This document shows, piece after piece, positions 13,001-28,000 of a stretch of DNA of 64,000 nucleotides (position 1 is the first letter of the stretch; each line of letters starts with the position of its first letter). The stretch lies in assembly GCF_037042905.1 (NCBI RefSeq), contig NC_087251.1:15626001-15690000 (forward strand), given 5' to 3'. Under the pieces are notes generated by a model that worked only from the letters and a program-made list of their open reading frames with translations, had not been told where the DNA came from and ran no database searches. The DNA comes from Lytechinus pictus. Its lineage: Eukaryota. Both the position numbers and the translations under genes were made by a program.

Positions 13001-16000
13001 TAATAAAACAAAATATAAAACATCTTCCTTTAAGAATCATCAGCAAAAGACACTTATAAAAAAATTTTAAAAGGCAGTAATAATGTAGTTACACTTTAAT
13101 GTTAGAAGCTTATAACTGAAATATGGATCAAAGGTGCGATAGCTCAGTCGGTAGAGCGAGGGATTCGTATTCCGGTGACCCGGGTTCGATTCACACTTGG
13201 TGCGCTATTGCCCTTTGGTAAGGCATTAATCCTCATTACCAGGTCCTTCGGAGAGGACCTTAAGCCGTTGGTCCTCTGGTTGCTTGATTACAAGCATTCA
13301 TGCTTTCTTAGCAATCAGGTAAAAAATCCCAACCAATCAAAATATTTTTTTTTTTTAAGTAACTGGGACAAAAGAGTGCTTTATAAAGATGTTCACATGT
13401 TACTTCAAGGTTAATACATGGTTGAAATATACTCTCAGGTGCATAACGACACGCCTTAAATATTCCTGTGTTTCAACAAAGTAAGAATGAATATTTTATA
13501 ACCATAATATTCTTGTTTTATCAATTTTTTGGTCAGTTTTTCTCTTTTTTGCAAATTTTGTCAATACCACATTCAATTCCACTTGATTTGCTTCAATAAA
13601 ACATACAATTATAAAAGACTTGTAAATTAATGATAAAGTTTGTACTAAGATGCTTGTCAACGGCAAACTTTTTTAATCCCCCTAAATCAACAGTTGCTGA
13701 TGGGAATATAAATGATATGAGAATCTGATTGATCACCTAAGTACAGTTGTACACAGCTTTATGAAATTGATATTTAATGAGTTTACACAGAGTCAGTACA
13801 TATCGGTCAATCATTACCCAAGGATTTCAGTAATTTCCTTTATGAATCTGAGCTCTGATGGCCGTTTCAGTGTATTTCGATTGATTGCTGATAGGTAAAA
13901 GGATAGCTTATCTGACGTGAGACATGATTTGCAATACTCTTTATGTTCTGATTTATGGGATTTTACTAGGGACATTATTCAATTAGATATGGTAGGTTGC
14001 TTTCATGAAGACAGCTCTCAAATATAGCACAATCAATATACATGTACCTGTGATAGATATTGGATAACATACGGTATGGGGGGAGCTAAAGGTAAAGGTC
14101 CACATGTTATATTCAATCAAAGTCATTCATGTGAAGCGTAACAGTTATGGTTCATGAATCAACCATTGAGAGTAAGAGAGGTGTTAACATGTACATGCTC
14201 ATACACTAATTGATAAGGGCTGTATATCTTGATATGTTAGATTCACGAGAGACCCATGCAATGGAAGAAATGGAATCAATATATGAGACTATATGACAGA
14301 AAAAATAATAAAAATTCTGACATTTACTAAGATTGAAACTTGGCAGGTCTGTGATATATTTGTAGTTTCACTTGAATCTGTGTAGTAAATTATACTCTCC
14401 TTTAGCTTTTATTTATTTTTTTTTTTACAGTTGAGAATAGATGCTTTTCAATCATGGGATGTACTTAGATAAAGACGTACTATATAAACTTGCTTTCATT
14501 TGCTAAAAGTTGGCAATGACAATTATTTGATTTGAAATATTATTCAATTCAATTTCTCATAATCCTTGCATCTTACAATAATTTTCAATGTATCTCATTG
14601 TTGCACTTTCCTCTCAAGTGACCTTAACACACTTTAGAACTTATATACCTTCTGGCTATCAAAGTACTAGATTAAAAAGGAGTCTGATAATAAATTTACT
14701 CTCACAACAGATCTTGTTGGAAGATTTTTTTAAGTACATGTGAAGAAAACATCCATCCTCCCCTGACTCACTGTAATGGTATTACTTATTAGAATCCATT
14801 TATAACAAGTATATTCCATTATTCATCAGAATTACATATAATAAGATTTACAATACTTTTCTGGTTTGTATCAAGTGTAGAGAACGGTTGTAGAAGAATA
14901 AGTACTTAACTTGTTGAAAAACATTTTAAACACATAATAATACTCTTTCAAACCTATTTGGAATGTTCAATCCATTCAATGACTGATAAAATTACAAAGA
15001 GAATGCTCTTACAACAAATATATTACATTGCATGTAAATCAAGGGTACATGTAGCATTGAATTCTATCAAGGATAAAGATGTTCTCTTTACTTTCAGACA
15101 AAAAGAAGAGAAAAAGATATTGGAATAAAAAGAAACTGGACAAACAAAAATAATAACTGAAAGAAATTTGAAGCGCTAAGTTCACATCTTATAGGACAAG
15201 CGCCACCATATCTGGGATTACGAGATTCTGACAAACTCAAGGTTGAAGTCATATGCTAAAAATAAGGCATGTCGTCATGGAAAATTCATAGTGAAAAATT
15301 GATATCATTATTCATTCTCATATAGCCCCTCATTTATCCTCTCGGATGCTGCTTCCATTAATAATCCAATATCAAAGACCCGCTGTCTTATACCCCCGAT
15401 CGGACAACTAATTTGAGGCCAGTGGGGGAGACAGTCACCTTCGTGTAAAGTTAGTCTTACTTGCACTTTTCTCATCAATAATTTCAAAAGGAGCATAAAT
15501 GCATGCATGAACAATGTATAGTGCGTCATGGTTAGAATTCAGTGGTGTCACTGATAATTTGATATACCGGTACATACATTGTGGCATTTATATAGCACCT
15601 GCCCATAGTAAAACAAAAGAGTAATTTTGCTCTCCCAGTGCTCTCAATTTTTCAAAGAGGATAACTATCAGATGGAAAATAAATATATTTTGTGTTTTAA
15701 TAAAAAATTTGTAATGAGCGACATGAATTGGGGCGACTATTCCACATACTTGGATTTTATATTAAAGTAAAACTTATGCATGGTTGATTCTTCTTGGAGT
15801 TGATTTTGGGAATTTGTTCAGAGGTTTGTTAAGGCAATATCTATTAATCAATAAAGAAGAAAGAAAAGAGGAGAATAAAAAGGGAGCACTGGAGGAAATA
15901 AGAGAAAGAAGGAGAGAAAGAAGGAGAGAAAGAGCAAGCAAATTCAGAGAATAGGAAGTAGGGGGGAAAGAAGAAAGAGAAGTACAAAAAGACCTTGCAA

Positions 16001-19000
16001 AAAAGATATTTTTAAGTAATAAATAAAAGTTTTGGCAAAAAAATACTTTAACCTATCAGCTTATACTGTATTAATGACTTTGCAACTCATGGTGATACAA
16101 TCAAACGTCCATTGCATCATTAGGCAAGTACACAATTAGTTTTTGGGTAACAAGCTTTGGTTCAAATGAGCAAAATTACCCTGAATATTCTCAGATTTAT
16201 TGGATCTGGAGATGTCCCCTTCCATGCATTTATACTAATGAGTACTGACAATAAAAAAACAGATATCTTTGTTTTTCCCTCTTGCAAAGAACACTAGCTC
16301 CCACCAACAAATCTGGATTCCTTTGAAAGCTGGATAATGAATAGCATAACAGTAAAACATTTATCTAGGTAAGGTTTCAATCTGGATTCCTACATGACCT
16401 AATTGACCTTCATCTACCCATGTGCAGATTGTGTCTGGTTTATTACCAATATATTACTTACTCAATCTAATTAAAATAAGGTCTAAATTGCAATTAGTAC
16501 CTATTAGATGGAATGTAAGTAGGCTTCAAGGAACATAAGCTTTTTATTAGCAAATTAACTTTCCATCATTATAATCTTAAAAAGCTAAGCTTTACTTGAA
16601 TTCAATAACTAATTAACCTTCATCTATCCATGCCAATTGTCTCTGGCTCAATACTGCTTAATTAATTACTTAAACTAATTCAAATCAAGATTGCAATTGC
16701 AGTCCATATCTATCTAATGCTATAAATTGTATGTCAGTTTTCTGGGAACACACATCTCTTCGTATTATTAATTCATTTTCCATCCTTATAACCTTTAAAA
16801 ATGCTCAGCTCCAATTCTTCATAAATTTATGAGTCATGAGCTCTTAATTATGTTACAGACATTCTATAAAAACAGTTGGTAATGACTCATTCTTGTACTT
16901 TTAATTTCTCTTCTCTTCTATAATGCATTGTTTAAAAAATTATTTTGTTTTTCCCATTGAAATACATTTTAAAGGTTAATTAATTCTTCCGTCCGAGTCT
17001 AACGAACCTGTATGAACGTGATGGTGAAGATGGCGTGCGATCGACTGCTCAGCTCGTGCATATGGGTCGCCGCTGTGGTCCGCAGGAGATTCCCATCATG
17101 CATTAGTGCAAGCACCTGCTCATAGTCTGACACCAGATGATGGGATAGATCTAAAGTAGGGGGAAATTTTGTTTTAGATTTATGAAATACATGAATGAGA
17201 GTGATCTCTTTGAACAAGTTAGGGTGTTAGGGTATATAATTCCACACATAATGTTTCATATTCAATTACTGAATTGAAATAACTCATGATGTATTCTTGG
17301 ATAGAATCATATTGGAAGCCTCAAATTTTTCAAATAAAATTGTTTATTTGTATGAAATGTAGCGGCTACATACTGCAAATTTCAGGTAGGATAAGCAGAA
17401 CTCTGGGTAGGAAACGTGAATTAAACTGAAATAATTATTTCCATCATATGGGCTTAAATACTTTGATTATTCAAATTCATTGATAAATGTTACACACTAC
17501 AATGTCAGGAGAATAAAAAATGTTTTCAAAATCAAAGTTTATTATGTAAAATACATCACTTATTTCTTTATATTTGTGAGGTATTCCATTAATACCAAGG
17601 AGCTCCTTGTTAATACCAAGGACGGATATCTGACTCGATGACATCTATCCTAGCAAGGTTAGCAACCAAAGTTTGAAACTCTCAAACACACAGTGTAACA
17701 GGTAAAAAAATGCTTTGAAATCTCTCATTGAGTTAAGACATATTTCTCCATAGTCCCATATGTGCTAGAATAAATAGAGCCCTAAGCCAGGGCTTAGCTG
17801 CGAAGTGACAGGAATGGACAAAGAAGAGTCCCTCTGGAATAGCACTTACCTTGTAAAGGCCAAGGTTATAGTCTAGTCTAAACACTTCCCCAGTCCTCTT
17901 CAAAACACCACGCTTCCAAGTTTTCAAAACTGGGATATTCAAAATCCCTTTTTTAACACTTTAAAAAAGATTATTAAAACAATAAAAATACTGGATCCAG
18001 ATGTTTAATTCTAAATGCTTTTCTCCTTGAAAGGAAGCTTTTTGCCCAGTACATATGCTGAATTGTATAAAATTTGCAAGTAAGTTTCATGGCTACAAGT
18101 TAATCAATCCATACACCTGTTTAAGTAGAACCATACTTTCATTCAGAAATTAACAATTAACTGTAAAATGTTGCACTTGATTACTTCTTTGCAAATTTCA
18201 CAAGTTGATGGTACTGGTAGCAAATTATTATTGCTTTAAGTTGCTCAACTATGAGCTGCGATCCATTAGACTGTAGAGTTGCCTCATCATACAGGAAAGA
18301 TAGGAGAAATACAAGAAAGCAAGCAAATCTTCATGTAATTCTACATCAATTCAAATGGTCAATTAATAAAGATTTATGATTCAAACTCGGTGATTGGTGT
18401 AGCTAACATGTCATAAAAGCAAACACTTACAGCAAATGATGACATGATCACTCAACAGACACACAGACACAAATGTTTAACATTCCTTCAGTAAAAACAT
18501 CCTTGACTTGTCAACAAACCTCTAACTCAATGGGAGGTAAGTACCATCATGAACATTTCAAGTGGATATCAAGATGCCTATGGTTGTCTGTTTCAAGCCA
18601 AAGACATGCATGCACATCTAGGTCATCTCTCTATAGGATGTATGTTATGGGTGGGCAAACACTATATTAGAGCTGCAGGATACCATATTAATCATTAAAG
18701 GTGATCAATATTGCAAGCCAATCCATAAATAATATATCATAATAATATGTATACATGTACTACTGAATTATGTACAGGTCTGGAGCGGTGGCATGTCTAT
18801 GAAAAACAGTGCACGGATCCAAGGGATGAAATTATGACTTCATTGCTCTAAGGTTGTTAATCTGTAATTGGATTAAGAGTACTTTTTATTTAGATTTTTT
18901 TTTGGGGGGTATTACTTTTGCCTCATTTTGCAATTCCTGAAAGTGGTGCCTGAGGCATTTATATTTCCCCTGCATATTTAACTTGTCTGAAGGAGATTAT

Positions 19001-22000
19001 ATAGCTAGCAAAAGATAGTTTAATAATCTTGGACATATAATTAACATTGGAATATATTTACTTTTGTAAACTCGATTAACTTAACAAATGTTATTGATGC
19101 ATTTTTCATTTCACAATTAACTTTTCATCTTTTCTCAGAAGACTTAAATGTGCATTATTCTTTACTTTATAAAATGAAGACATGAACTAGGCCTATAATA
19201 TATAAATGTATTTATGTATTTGTAAGAACTAAAATGTGTACCAAATTCATATCACTTCAACAGAAAATCACTTTATACTTTACAGTATAAATAACAAAAG
19301 TATGCTGTATATAAACAAAATGAAATAGATCTAATGAATAATAGGGTCTGGCTAGATTAGCCTATTGTATTAATGACCTCCATACCCCATCCACAAGGAA
19401 TAATTAAATGCTTCACTGATACCAAAAGTTCATTTGAGGTCACTGCCAATCAGAAATTTGCTCCAGAGATAAGAGGTCTGAGAAGGCAATTGACACATTC
19501 AGTTTTGTAAAGTGTAATAAATCACAACTTGTTAATTTTTCTAAATATCTCCAGGCACATGTCAAATTAATAAACATACATATTTTGCTGTTTTGATTTA
19601 CAAAAATCCTGCACTTTTTTTTCTTTACTTATTTTAGGGGGGGGGGTTATAGAGATTAATGAAATTTGATAAGACATATAAACCTAGATCTACATTCATG
19701 AATCTTCAATGTAAGTCTAGCAACTACATTAGGTGTCCAATTTAATTTAGCTTGTTAAGTGTAATAAGTATACTAAAGTATAATTCATACTTTTATTAAG
19801 TATGAATTGTTTTCTATATATATTAAATTGATCATTCGGTTATAAATTTTCAAATAAAACTTACAGCCAATCACAATAAATTTGGGTGTCTAATCAGTCA
19901 CGATATATTCATTTAATTACAAAAATTGTGATTAATTGCTGGCCTGCTTCTTGCAGTGATAAGAATTGATTTGCTTTAGGACAAATTGATCAATCAGGTG
20001 TACATTTTAAACTTAACTTGCAAAAATAGCTTTTGCAACACTCCATAAGTTGCTAATTTACAAATACTTCCTTTGCAGTGAAATGTATGGATAACCAATC
20101 TTTTGGGTAAGAAACAAAAACAAGTGGAATGCCTCTGGCCGTCTCACCTGCATCACGCGATTCAATATAGCAGCAGTGCTGATTTTGAAAACTACTATAA
20201 CTCGCACAAGATGTTCAGTGATACTTGGTTACTCTTATTTCCACGTTTTATGAACTAGACCAATACACTTATAGAGATATGATGGCAATTCAACAAATAC
20301 CCCCAACGTGGCCAAAGTTCTTTGACCTTACATGACCTTTGACCTTGATCATGTGACCTGAAACTCGCACAGGATGTTCAGTGATACTTGATTACTATTA
20401 TGTCCAAGTTTTATGAACTAGACCAACACACTTTCAAATTTATGGCTGTAATTCAACAAATACCCCAATTTGGCCAAAGTTCATTGACCCTAAATGACCT
20501 TTGACCTTGATCATGTGACCTGAAACTTGAACAGGATATTCAGTAATACTTGATTACTATTATGTCCAAGTTTCATGAATCAGATCCATAAACTTTCAAA
20601 GTTATGATGGTAATTCAACAGATACCCCCAATTCGGCCAAAGTTCATTGACCCTAAATGACCTTTGACCTTGGTCATGTGACGTGAAACTCATGCAGCAT
20701 GTTCAGTGATACTTGATTAACCTTATGTATAAGTTTCATGAACTAGGTACATATATTTTCTAAGTTATGATGACATTTCAAAAACTTAACCTTAGGTTAA
20801 GATTTTGATGTTGATTCCCCCAACATGGTCTAAGTTCATTGACCCTAAATGACCTTTGACCTTGGTCATGTGACATGAAACTCAGGCAGGATGTTCAGTA
20901 ATACTTGATTAACCTTATGGCCAAGTTTCATGAACTAGGTCCATATACTTTCTAAGTTATGCTGTCATTTCAAAAACTTAACCTCAGGTTAAGATTTGGT
21001 GTTGACGCCGCCGCCGCCGCCGTCGCCGTCGCCGTCGGAAAAGCGGCGCCTATAGTCTCACTCTGCTATGCAGGTGAGACAAAAATAGGAGAACACCAAC
21101 TTTCTTTGGAACTATCATGTGATTTTCATCCCCCCCCCCCCATCTAACATCCATAAACTAATACTTGTTTATAGAAGTTAAACCACTAATCTATATATTG
21201 AAGATACATTGATTTACTAATTACTACAATAATTTTATCAGTTGGCATACAAGTAGTTCTCTGCAGCCAAAATAAAAAAAAATGGTAATTCCCATTCACA
21301 ATAGTCAATACCAAACCAAAGAAAAATCCAGCAAAGATTTACATCATCAAGAACGACATAATAAGCTTATTGCTTCATATCAGCTTTCCATTCACTCAAG
21401 CTCTACTCAATCCTTGCCAAGAAGGGTATGCTTGTTTTGGTCATAAACATTTCTCAAGCTGGAGCAGAAACCTGAGCATCAAGGAGGAAAGACAAGCCTT
21501 ATTCATTTCAGGTACTCTGATATTGTATATGCTGGGAATGCTACTAGTAGGCATTGCCAATGACCCCTACATGCTGCATGTAAATGCATCCGAAATAGAG
21601 CTTATTACATTAGAATCTTTTCCTCAAATTAAATGAATTCAATGAAAGAAAGAGCAATAACAGGTTTTATGCACTTTCAAATAGCATTTACTAAAATTTA
21701 AGACTTACCATAGGGTAATTTTTAACTTGATTAAATTAATTTAAAAGGAATGATTTAATAAATCAGTTTTATTTTTAAAATACTGACAATCGGACTTGAG
21801 GGGGGAGCAAAAAAGTGGCAGGTATGTTCCATGGGAAAAATGAAAAACAGGGACTTTGCCAAGAGCTAATCAAGAAAGTGATGGTCTTTGGAAATATAAA
21901 TTGGAGTGAAAACAGTCTAAACAGTTGTTTCTATATCAGCACTGGCCTAGTGTATGCAATCCAATGCTTCTCCATCAAGCTAAAACTCAAGTGCATCTTC

Positions 22001-25000
22001 ACTTGTTAATTAGCTGGAAGATAATCAAATACATGTGGTGCTCTATTTTGCACTAAATAAATCCTAATTGACTCTTGATCATGATCCTGAAAATAATAGC
22101 ATCTTCATTACAAACTTGAGATTGTGTTTATGATTATAGTTAGCCTGATCAGAAAGAGAAAGAGAATTTGAAAACTCGGGCTGATGAAGATGTTGTGTAG
22201 TAAATAAATGTGGGGTAAATGATGTGGGGAATTTCAAGGTCAATATTTTGAACACCTGGATTCAAAGTCAATCTAAGCCTAATCTAATCCCTCTCGCTCA
22301 ATTTAACATTCATCATGCTCAATTTTAACTTCCATCAGTGCTAAATGAACCGCTTTGAAAGTCATTATGTGATCAAAATGTACATTATGTGAACATTGCT
22401 TACAAAATAACACATTCAAAACTTCATTTTGAATTTGAGAAAAAAAAAAGACAACATGTAGAAAAATACATACAGTTAAATCTTCTTCTGTATTTACCTT
22501 GTACATATGGTCCATCTTTAGGATGTTCCCGTACTTTGAGTGAGTACTTGGCCTTGTTGGGTGGAGCCAGAAGATCTCGTACCCTCTCATTGTAGATCTC
22601 TAGGAAACTGAGTAAGAAATAAATTGAAACAATTATCATTACGATTAAAAATATATACATTCTGGGTGCAGTAGCTGCAGAGCATTGATTGATAGCAGTG
22701 AGGAGGTAGTATCCTTTGATAACTCATTTATTTTCATTACCAGGTCTCTTGAAGAAATAAAGTTGTTGGTCCTCTGGCTCATTACTACTTTTAAAACCAT
22801 TTATGCTTTCTCAACAATCAATTTATTAAAAATATATGCCACACACATTATCTAGAATGGGTCCTTTTGTACTAAACAGGGTGTTTTTCTACAATTGAAA
22901 GTTAGTTTGCTAATGTAGGACTTCTGACTTTTGTATGAGAAGTTGCATCCCTAGACGGTTTCAAACCGCCTCGATCACAAGAATCCCCGTTAAATTACGA
23001 GAACATTTTTAGGCTAAAAAATACCCATTAATTATTCCTGCATTCACATCGCCCCAAAACATATCCTTCGGGATAAATTCCTGAAGTTAGGAGTATGCGC
23101 AGTATGATCTAATAAGCAGGCAAGGCGCGAGATTCAAAAGTTCTCGTAATTTCGTCAAGTACCTACTATTTAGCGGGTGTTTTCTTTCGGGGAAATTACG
23201 CGTAGTTTGCTTTCACATTACCAAAAATACCTGGTATTTTCTGATCGGGGTAAATTTCCCGATCAGAGAATACCTGGAACTGACGAACTTCGAGGCGGTC
23301 TGAAACCACCTAATGTCTTTTTTTTTTTAAATCGAACAAATCTCAATGAACAGCTGTGTGCATTATGGACATTACATATTTGTACTTCAAAAGGCCATTA
23401 GGACAAAACTACTTTCATTTTTGCCACCTTATTGTGGATTATGAGATGGGCACTACAAAAAAATGAATCAATATTAAGCATTGGTGTGTTAATTATCAGC
23501 AATGAAGATAAAAATAGATTTGTTAAAAGCAAATAATCAGATTGTAAATTCTAAGGAAAATAAATAAAATACTTCTGAAGAAAACCAAGAAAAGACATGA
23601 AGAAAGGAGAAAACTAAATGAATAGATTTCTTATAAAATCAATGTAAACACTGATAGTGTATTGATCACCAGTAATGGAGATCAAAATAGATGCATAATT
23701 TGTTATCTAATTGTAAAATCTGAAGGGAACATAGATTGATCAATATCAAATCAAATGTTAAAAAAGTAATTTTACCTGACTTCCACTTTAAAGGTGACAT
23801 CCTCCTCATAGCTACTAACCCTCTCAAGAAGACTCTCACAGAGTCTAGGGATGACTCCTTGATCCGCCTTAAACAACAAGAAAAACAATTTATTTGTTAT
23901 TAGTTTCATAATTACAATATTGATAACATCATGCAATATTCATGTAGTACCAATAACTCTTTAGTGTTGCGATCATTAGATCTAGCTTGTCCACTAATCA
24001 AGCACTCAAGCATTCAAGGAGTTTCTTCCTATGCTGGGTACCAATCCACTAAACCTTGGTGGAGAGTGGTAAAGGTAGATAAATGCCTTGAGATGACATT
24101 CCACTATATTACATGTACCATATTAGGCAACATGGTTTTTTATTTGTGCAGAGTGACAGAAAATGTGCTTAAACCTATACTAGTAGTGTAAAAACACATT
24201 CATCATGTATAGGGATCACAAATATATTTTGTTAGTACCAAAATAACATAAACAGAGTTCCCATCTTTTTTAGTTGGCTGCCCGTAGTTCAGAAATTATT
24301 TTATAAAACATGGTTTAACTCAAATACACCTATATGAATATGGGTCATTGATAATAACATGCACACACTTATGTGCCTGAACCTCAGAAGAGCAAAGATC
24401 TCTATTATTTACTCAACAAATAGAAAATGGGTCTGCTTGGTAAATATTCCTTATCTCACTGATTAAAACAAATGTAATCTGAAATATGCTGAAGTCATGG
24501 TAAGAACGATATGAATTATAGTGCATTATACATTCAACAAAGATATTCAAATTATATATATTTCAGATTATTCTACATTTCTCTGGAAACTAAAGATGAG
24601 AGCAGTCTCAATTAACCTGTCTTATACTTACTTTATTTTTAACTCTTGCTGTGATAATTGCCATTTTTGGCCAATTTATTTGTATTTTTCATTGTTTGCA
24701 GATGTCCAACATACGCAATCACTAAATTTGTATTAAAGTGTTCAAAGAGCCCTTTTTAAAATACATTACAAAGAGAGGGCACTACTTTCTTTTTTTTGGG
24801 GGGGGGGTAACCAACATTTTAAGAGAAGCTATAACATGTTCTCTGCTATTTGTCCTTTCTTCAACTTTTACACAGTGTATTTCTGATTAAAAAGGATATC
24901 CAGAAATGTTGCAGACCTATATTCTTCAATCACAACTATGCAACATATTTGCTACAATGAGCATGCATTTGAAAAAACCCTTATGGCCACAAAGGAACTC

Positions 25001-28000
25001 CATACCACTAATCAAATTAAGAGAAAATTCCAAGGATGAAAAATCAATACCTTTGCATTATCGTGACCGTGAACATCATATCTCAATTACTGTGCACACA
25101 AAGCAATGTATTTTTTGTTCTGAAGGGGGAAAGCAGCACTGATAGGCATTCAGCCGATGGGAAACACAGCCGTTAATAATATCGCCCCCATGGAACAAGA
25201 CACAGACAGATGTCAGTTTTCACAACTGTTCATTTTCGACATGGGTGTTGAGGGGTGTTTCAGCAGGAAGTGCCAATGTTGTTGGGGTAGAAGCGTGTGA
25301 TTCTTTTTCCTCAAAGAAATAAAGTTACTTGGTCTATGAGACTCTGCAATTAATTTTTTTTTGGAAATGAATACAACTTGAATTATGAAAATAAAAATCC
25401 ATATTTTATTGTTCGAAATAGACATGAAATGAAATATTCTGAAAATTTGCTTTCCCCAATTGATCGTGGGCCCGGCAGCCGCTGTGCAGCGCCAGATCGA
25501 CGAGGCTCTATACCTTTAATCGTTGAACGCCAAACAGGGTACATGTAGCAGCAACTCCCATTTTTCAACGTCTTTTAGTCTGACGCGGCTGGGGTTTGAA
25601 CCCCCGACCTCCCGGTTTCTTAGACGGACTCTACCAACTGAGCCAACACACTGGTTTGTCTTCTACATCATTATAAATGATACATTCTGCATCCTAACAC
25701 ATAATAAACAAATTAAACTCTATAGCAATCTAACATAGTAGTTTTGTGAATTTTCATGAATTTTATCATGCATAAGTAATGCATGACACTTATGAAAGAA
25801 TGCAATATGTTAGGTGCTTAGTCAGATCATCAATCATTATAATTCCCATCAGCTATAGTTTAAATATTATTTTTTTCCAGTAAGTGATTTGTAAAAATTC
25901 AGTTACAGTTACAGGGAATTCAGTCAGGGGTAATTGGGGTATTTTTTAAATTAGCACAAGAATATGTTCAGCTCATGCTTTCTGTATCAGCCCCCTGGTC
26001 ATTTACCATCCACATTTTAATGTTTTATCCTTTATTTTGCTTTGGCATAATATTAAGACTTAATATTTGCATGCTAAATATTGAAGAGAAATACAAAGTT
26101 TTTATTGTCTTTGGTCAAGTCCACCCCATGAAAATGCTGACCTGAATAAATAGAGAAAAATCAAACCAGCATAGTGCTGAAAATTTCATCAAAATCGGAT
26201 GTAAAATAAGAAAGTTATGAAATTTTAAAGTTTCGCTTATTTTTCACAAAACAGTGATAGGCACAACTAGGTGAGTCAGTCGATGATGTCCATCACTCAC
26301 TACTTCTTTTGTTTTTTATTGTTTGAATTATACAATATTTTATTTTTCATAGATTTGACATTAAGGACCAACTTGACTGAATCATATAGTATTAAACAAT
26401 GCTAATTCCACATGTTCAGGGAGGAATTAATTGTTGTATCACTTGACAATGAGGAGAAAATTAGAATATTTCATATTTCATATAATAAAACACAAAAGAA
26501 ATAGTGAGTGGATGACATCATAGTCTCCTCATCTGCATACCAGCAAGGATGTGCATATAACTGTTTTGTAAAATTAAGCGAAACTTTAAAATGTCATAAT
26601 TTTCTTATTTTACATCCAATTTTGATGAAATTTTCAGTGTTATGCTTGTTGGATTTTTCTCTTTTTATTCAAATCAACTTTTTGTTGGGGTGGACTTGTC
26701 CTTTAAAGAGTATAGTTCTTAAAGTAGATGTAAAGCTCTGGTTAATTGTAACTTATGATGAATTATGATGACTACCAATCAAAGTTGACAAAAGATTATG
26801 ATAGTTATTATGATAGTTATTACGATATATTGTATTTTCCATCTTTGTGTATTTATTTCAAATCCACTGGAAACTAAATTTCTTTGTATGCTACTATGCT
26901 TGCTTTCATGGACCAATAAAATAATCTTGAATCTTAAAGATTATAATGTGGGTAACTTTCGTCTTGCAACTGCTAAAAATACCTCACACTGTACCAGTAA
27001 TCTCCTTGCATCCCTTCTCAACATGCAACACGGCCTGGTGCGCAACATCCAGAAAATGAACTTAGAGGATGATTAGAGCTAATTCTTAACCGCACAGATG
27101 ATGAGATATTGCCATCCATGGATGAGTTAAAAGATCCGATCGCTAGGCAACGCAGGTTCTCCGGCCCTTCATCCCATATGAGATTGTAATTAGGATGCTT
27201 AACGAGATATCAAGATCTAATGAGATGGCTACAGTTACAGATATTACCGGACATCTTTGGATATATATACAAACTTTAGATCTACACAATGAAAGTATTT
27301 AGTGAACTCTCCAGAGCTCAATGATTTTATTTACACCAGAAACCTATTAATGAATCTACCAACATTTATTTTAAATTAGTTTGGTGATTTATTCTTTAGG
27401 GCTTAATTTGAATTATAAGTTACTATTTTTTCTTTGGCTTTGTAATATTTATAAAACTGTGAACAAAGAATGGAAATATATTGTTACTTAAAAGAGAAAT
27501 TACATTCATCCATTTAGCTGGTTTTTTTTCTCTATTAAAGGATATTCATTACATAAGAATATTCCAGAATGTCTCAGTTAAGCTTTGCTATACATGTACG
27601 CATATTAAAAGAGGCAGAGTAATGTTTGGTGTTTTTGTAATGTACAATGAACTTGGCAGACAATGGGGACTGCTGGCAGGGAAAAGGGACAATAGGTTTA
27701 GCTATGTTGTTTACATTTTTAATTTAATTGAGGTCATTGAGAGTCTTCTAGAACATGTACATGTAGGACTGGACTGTTCAAGAAAGAAGCAGTATGTTCT
27801 TTTTAAAGACAATACTAGAAGCTTCCAGTATATTGAAAATTTATATTGAAAGCTGGCAGTTTCTTCCAAGGATAAGATCAGAGCTCAGAGTTTCAAGCTA
27901 GACTTCATGTCAGAGCACAGTTTATCTCCACCTAGAATACAACATTAACTTCTGTGGAATTATTTGCACACTATCAATGAACTGTTTGCAATTATTTTGA

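Noticed and set aside
13133..13205. tRNA genes (also about 25580-25654, 54231-54306, 54448-54522)
   Set aside because: A and B boxes are present, but the anticodon arms do not form a proper cloverleaf and each continues into a SINE body and tail.
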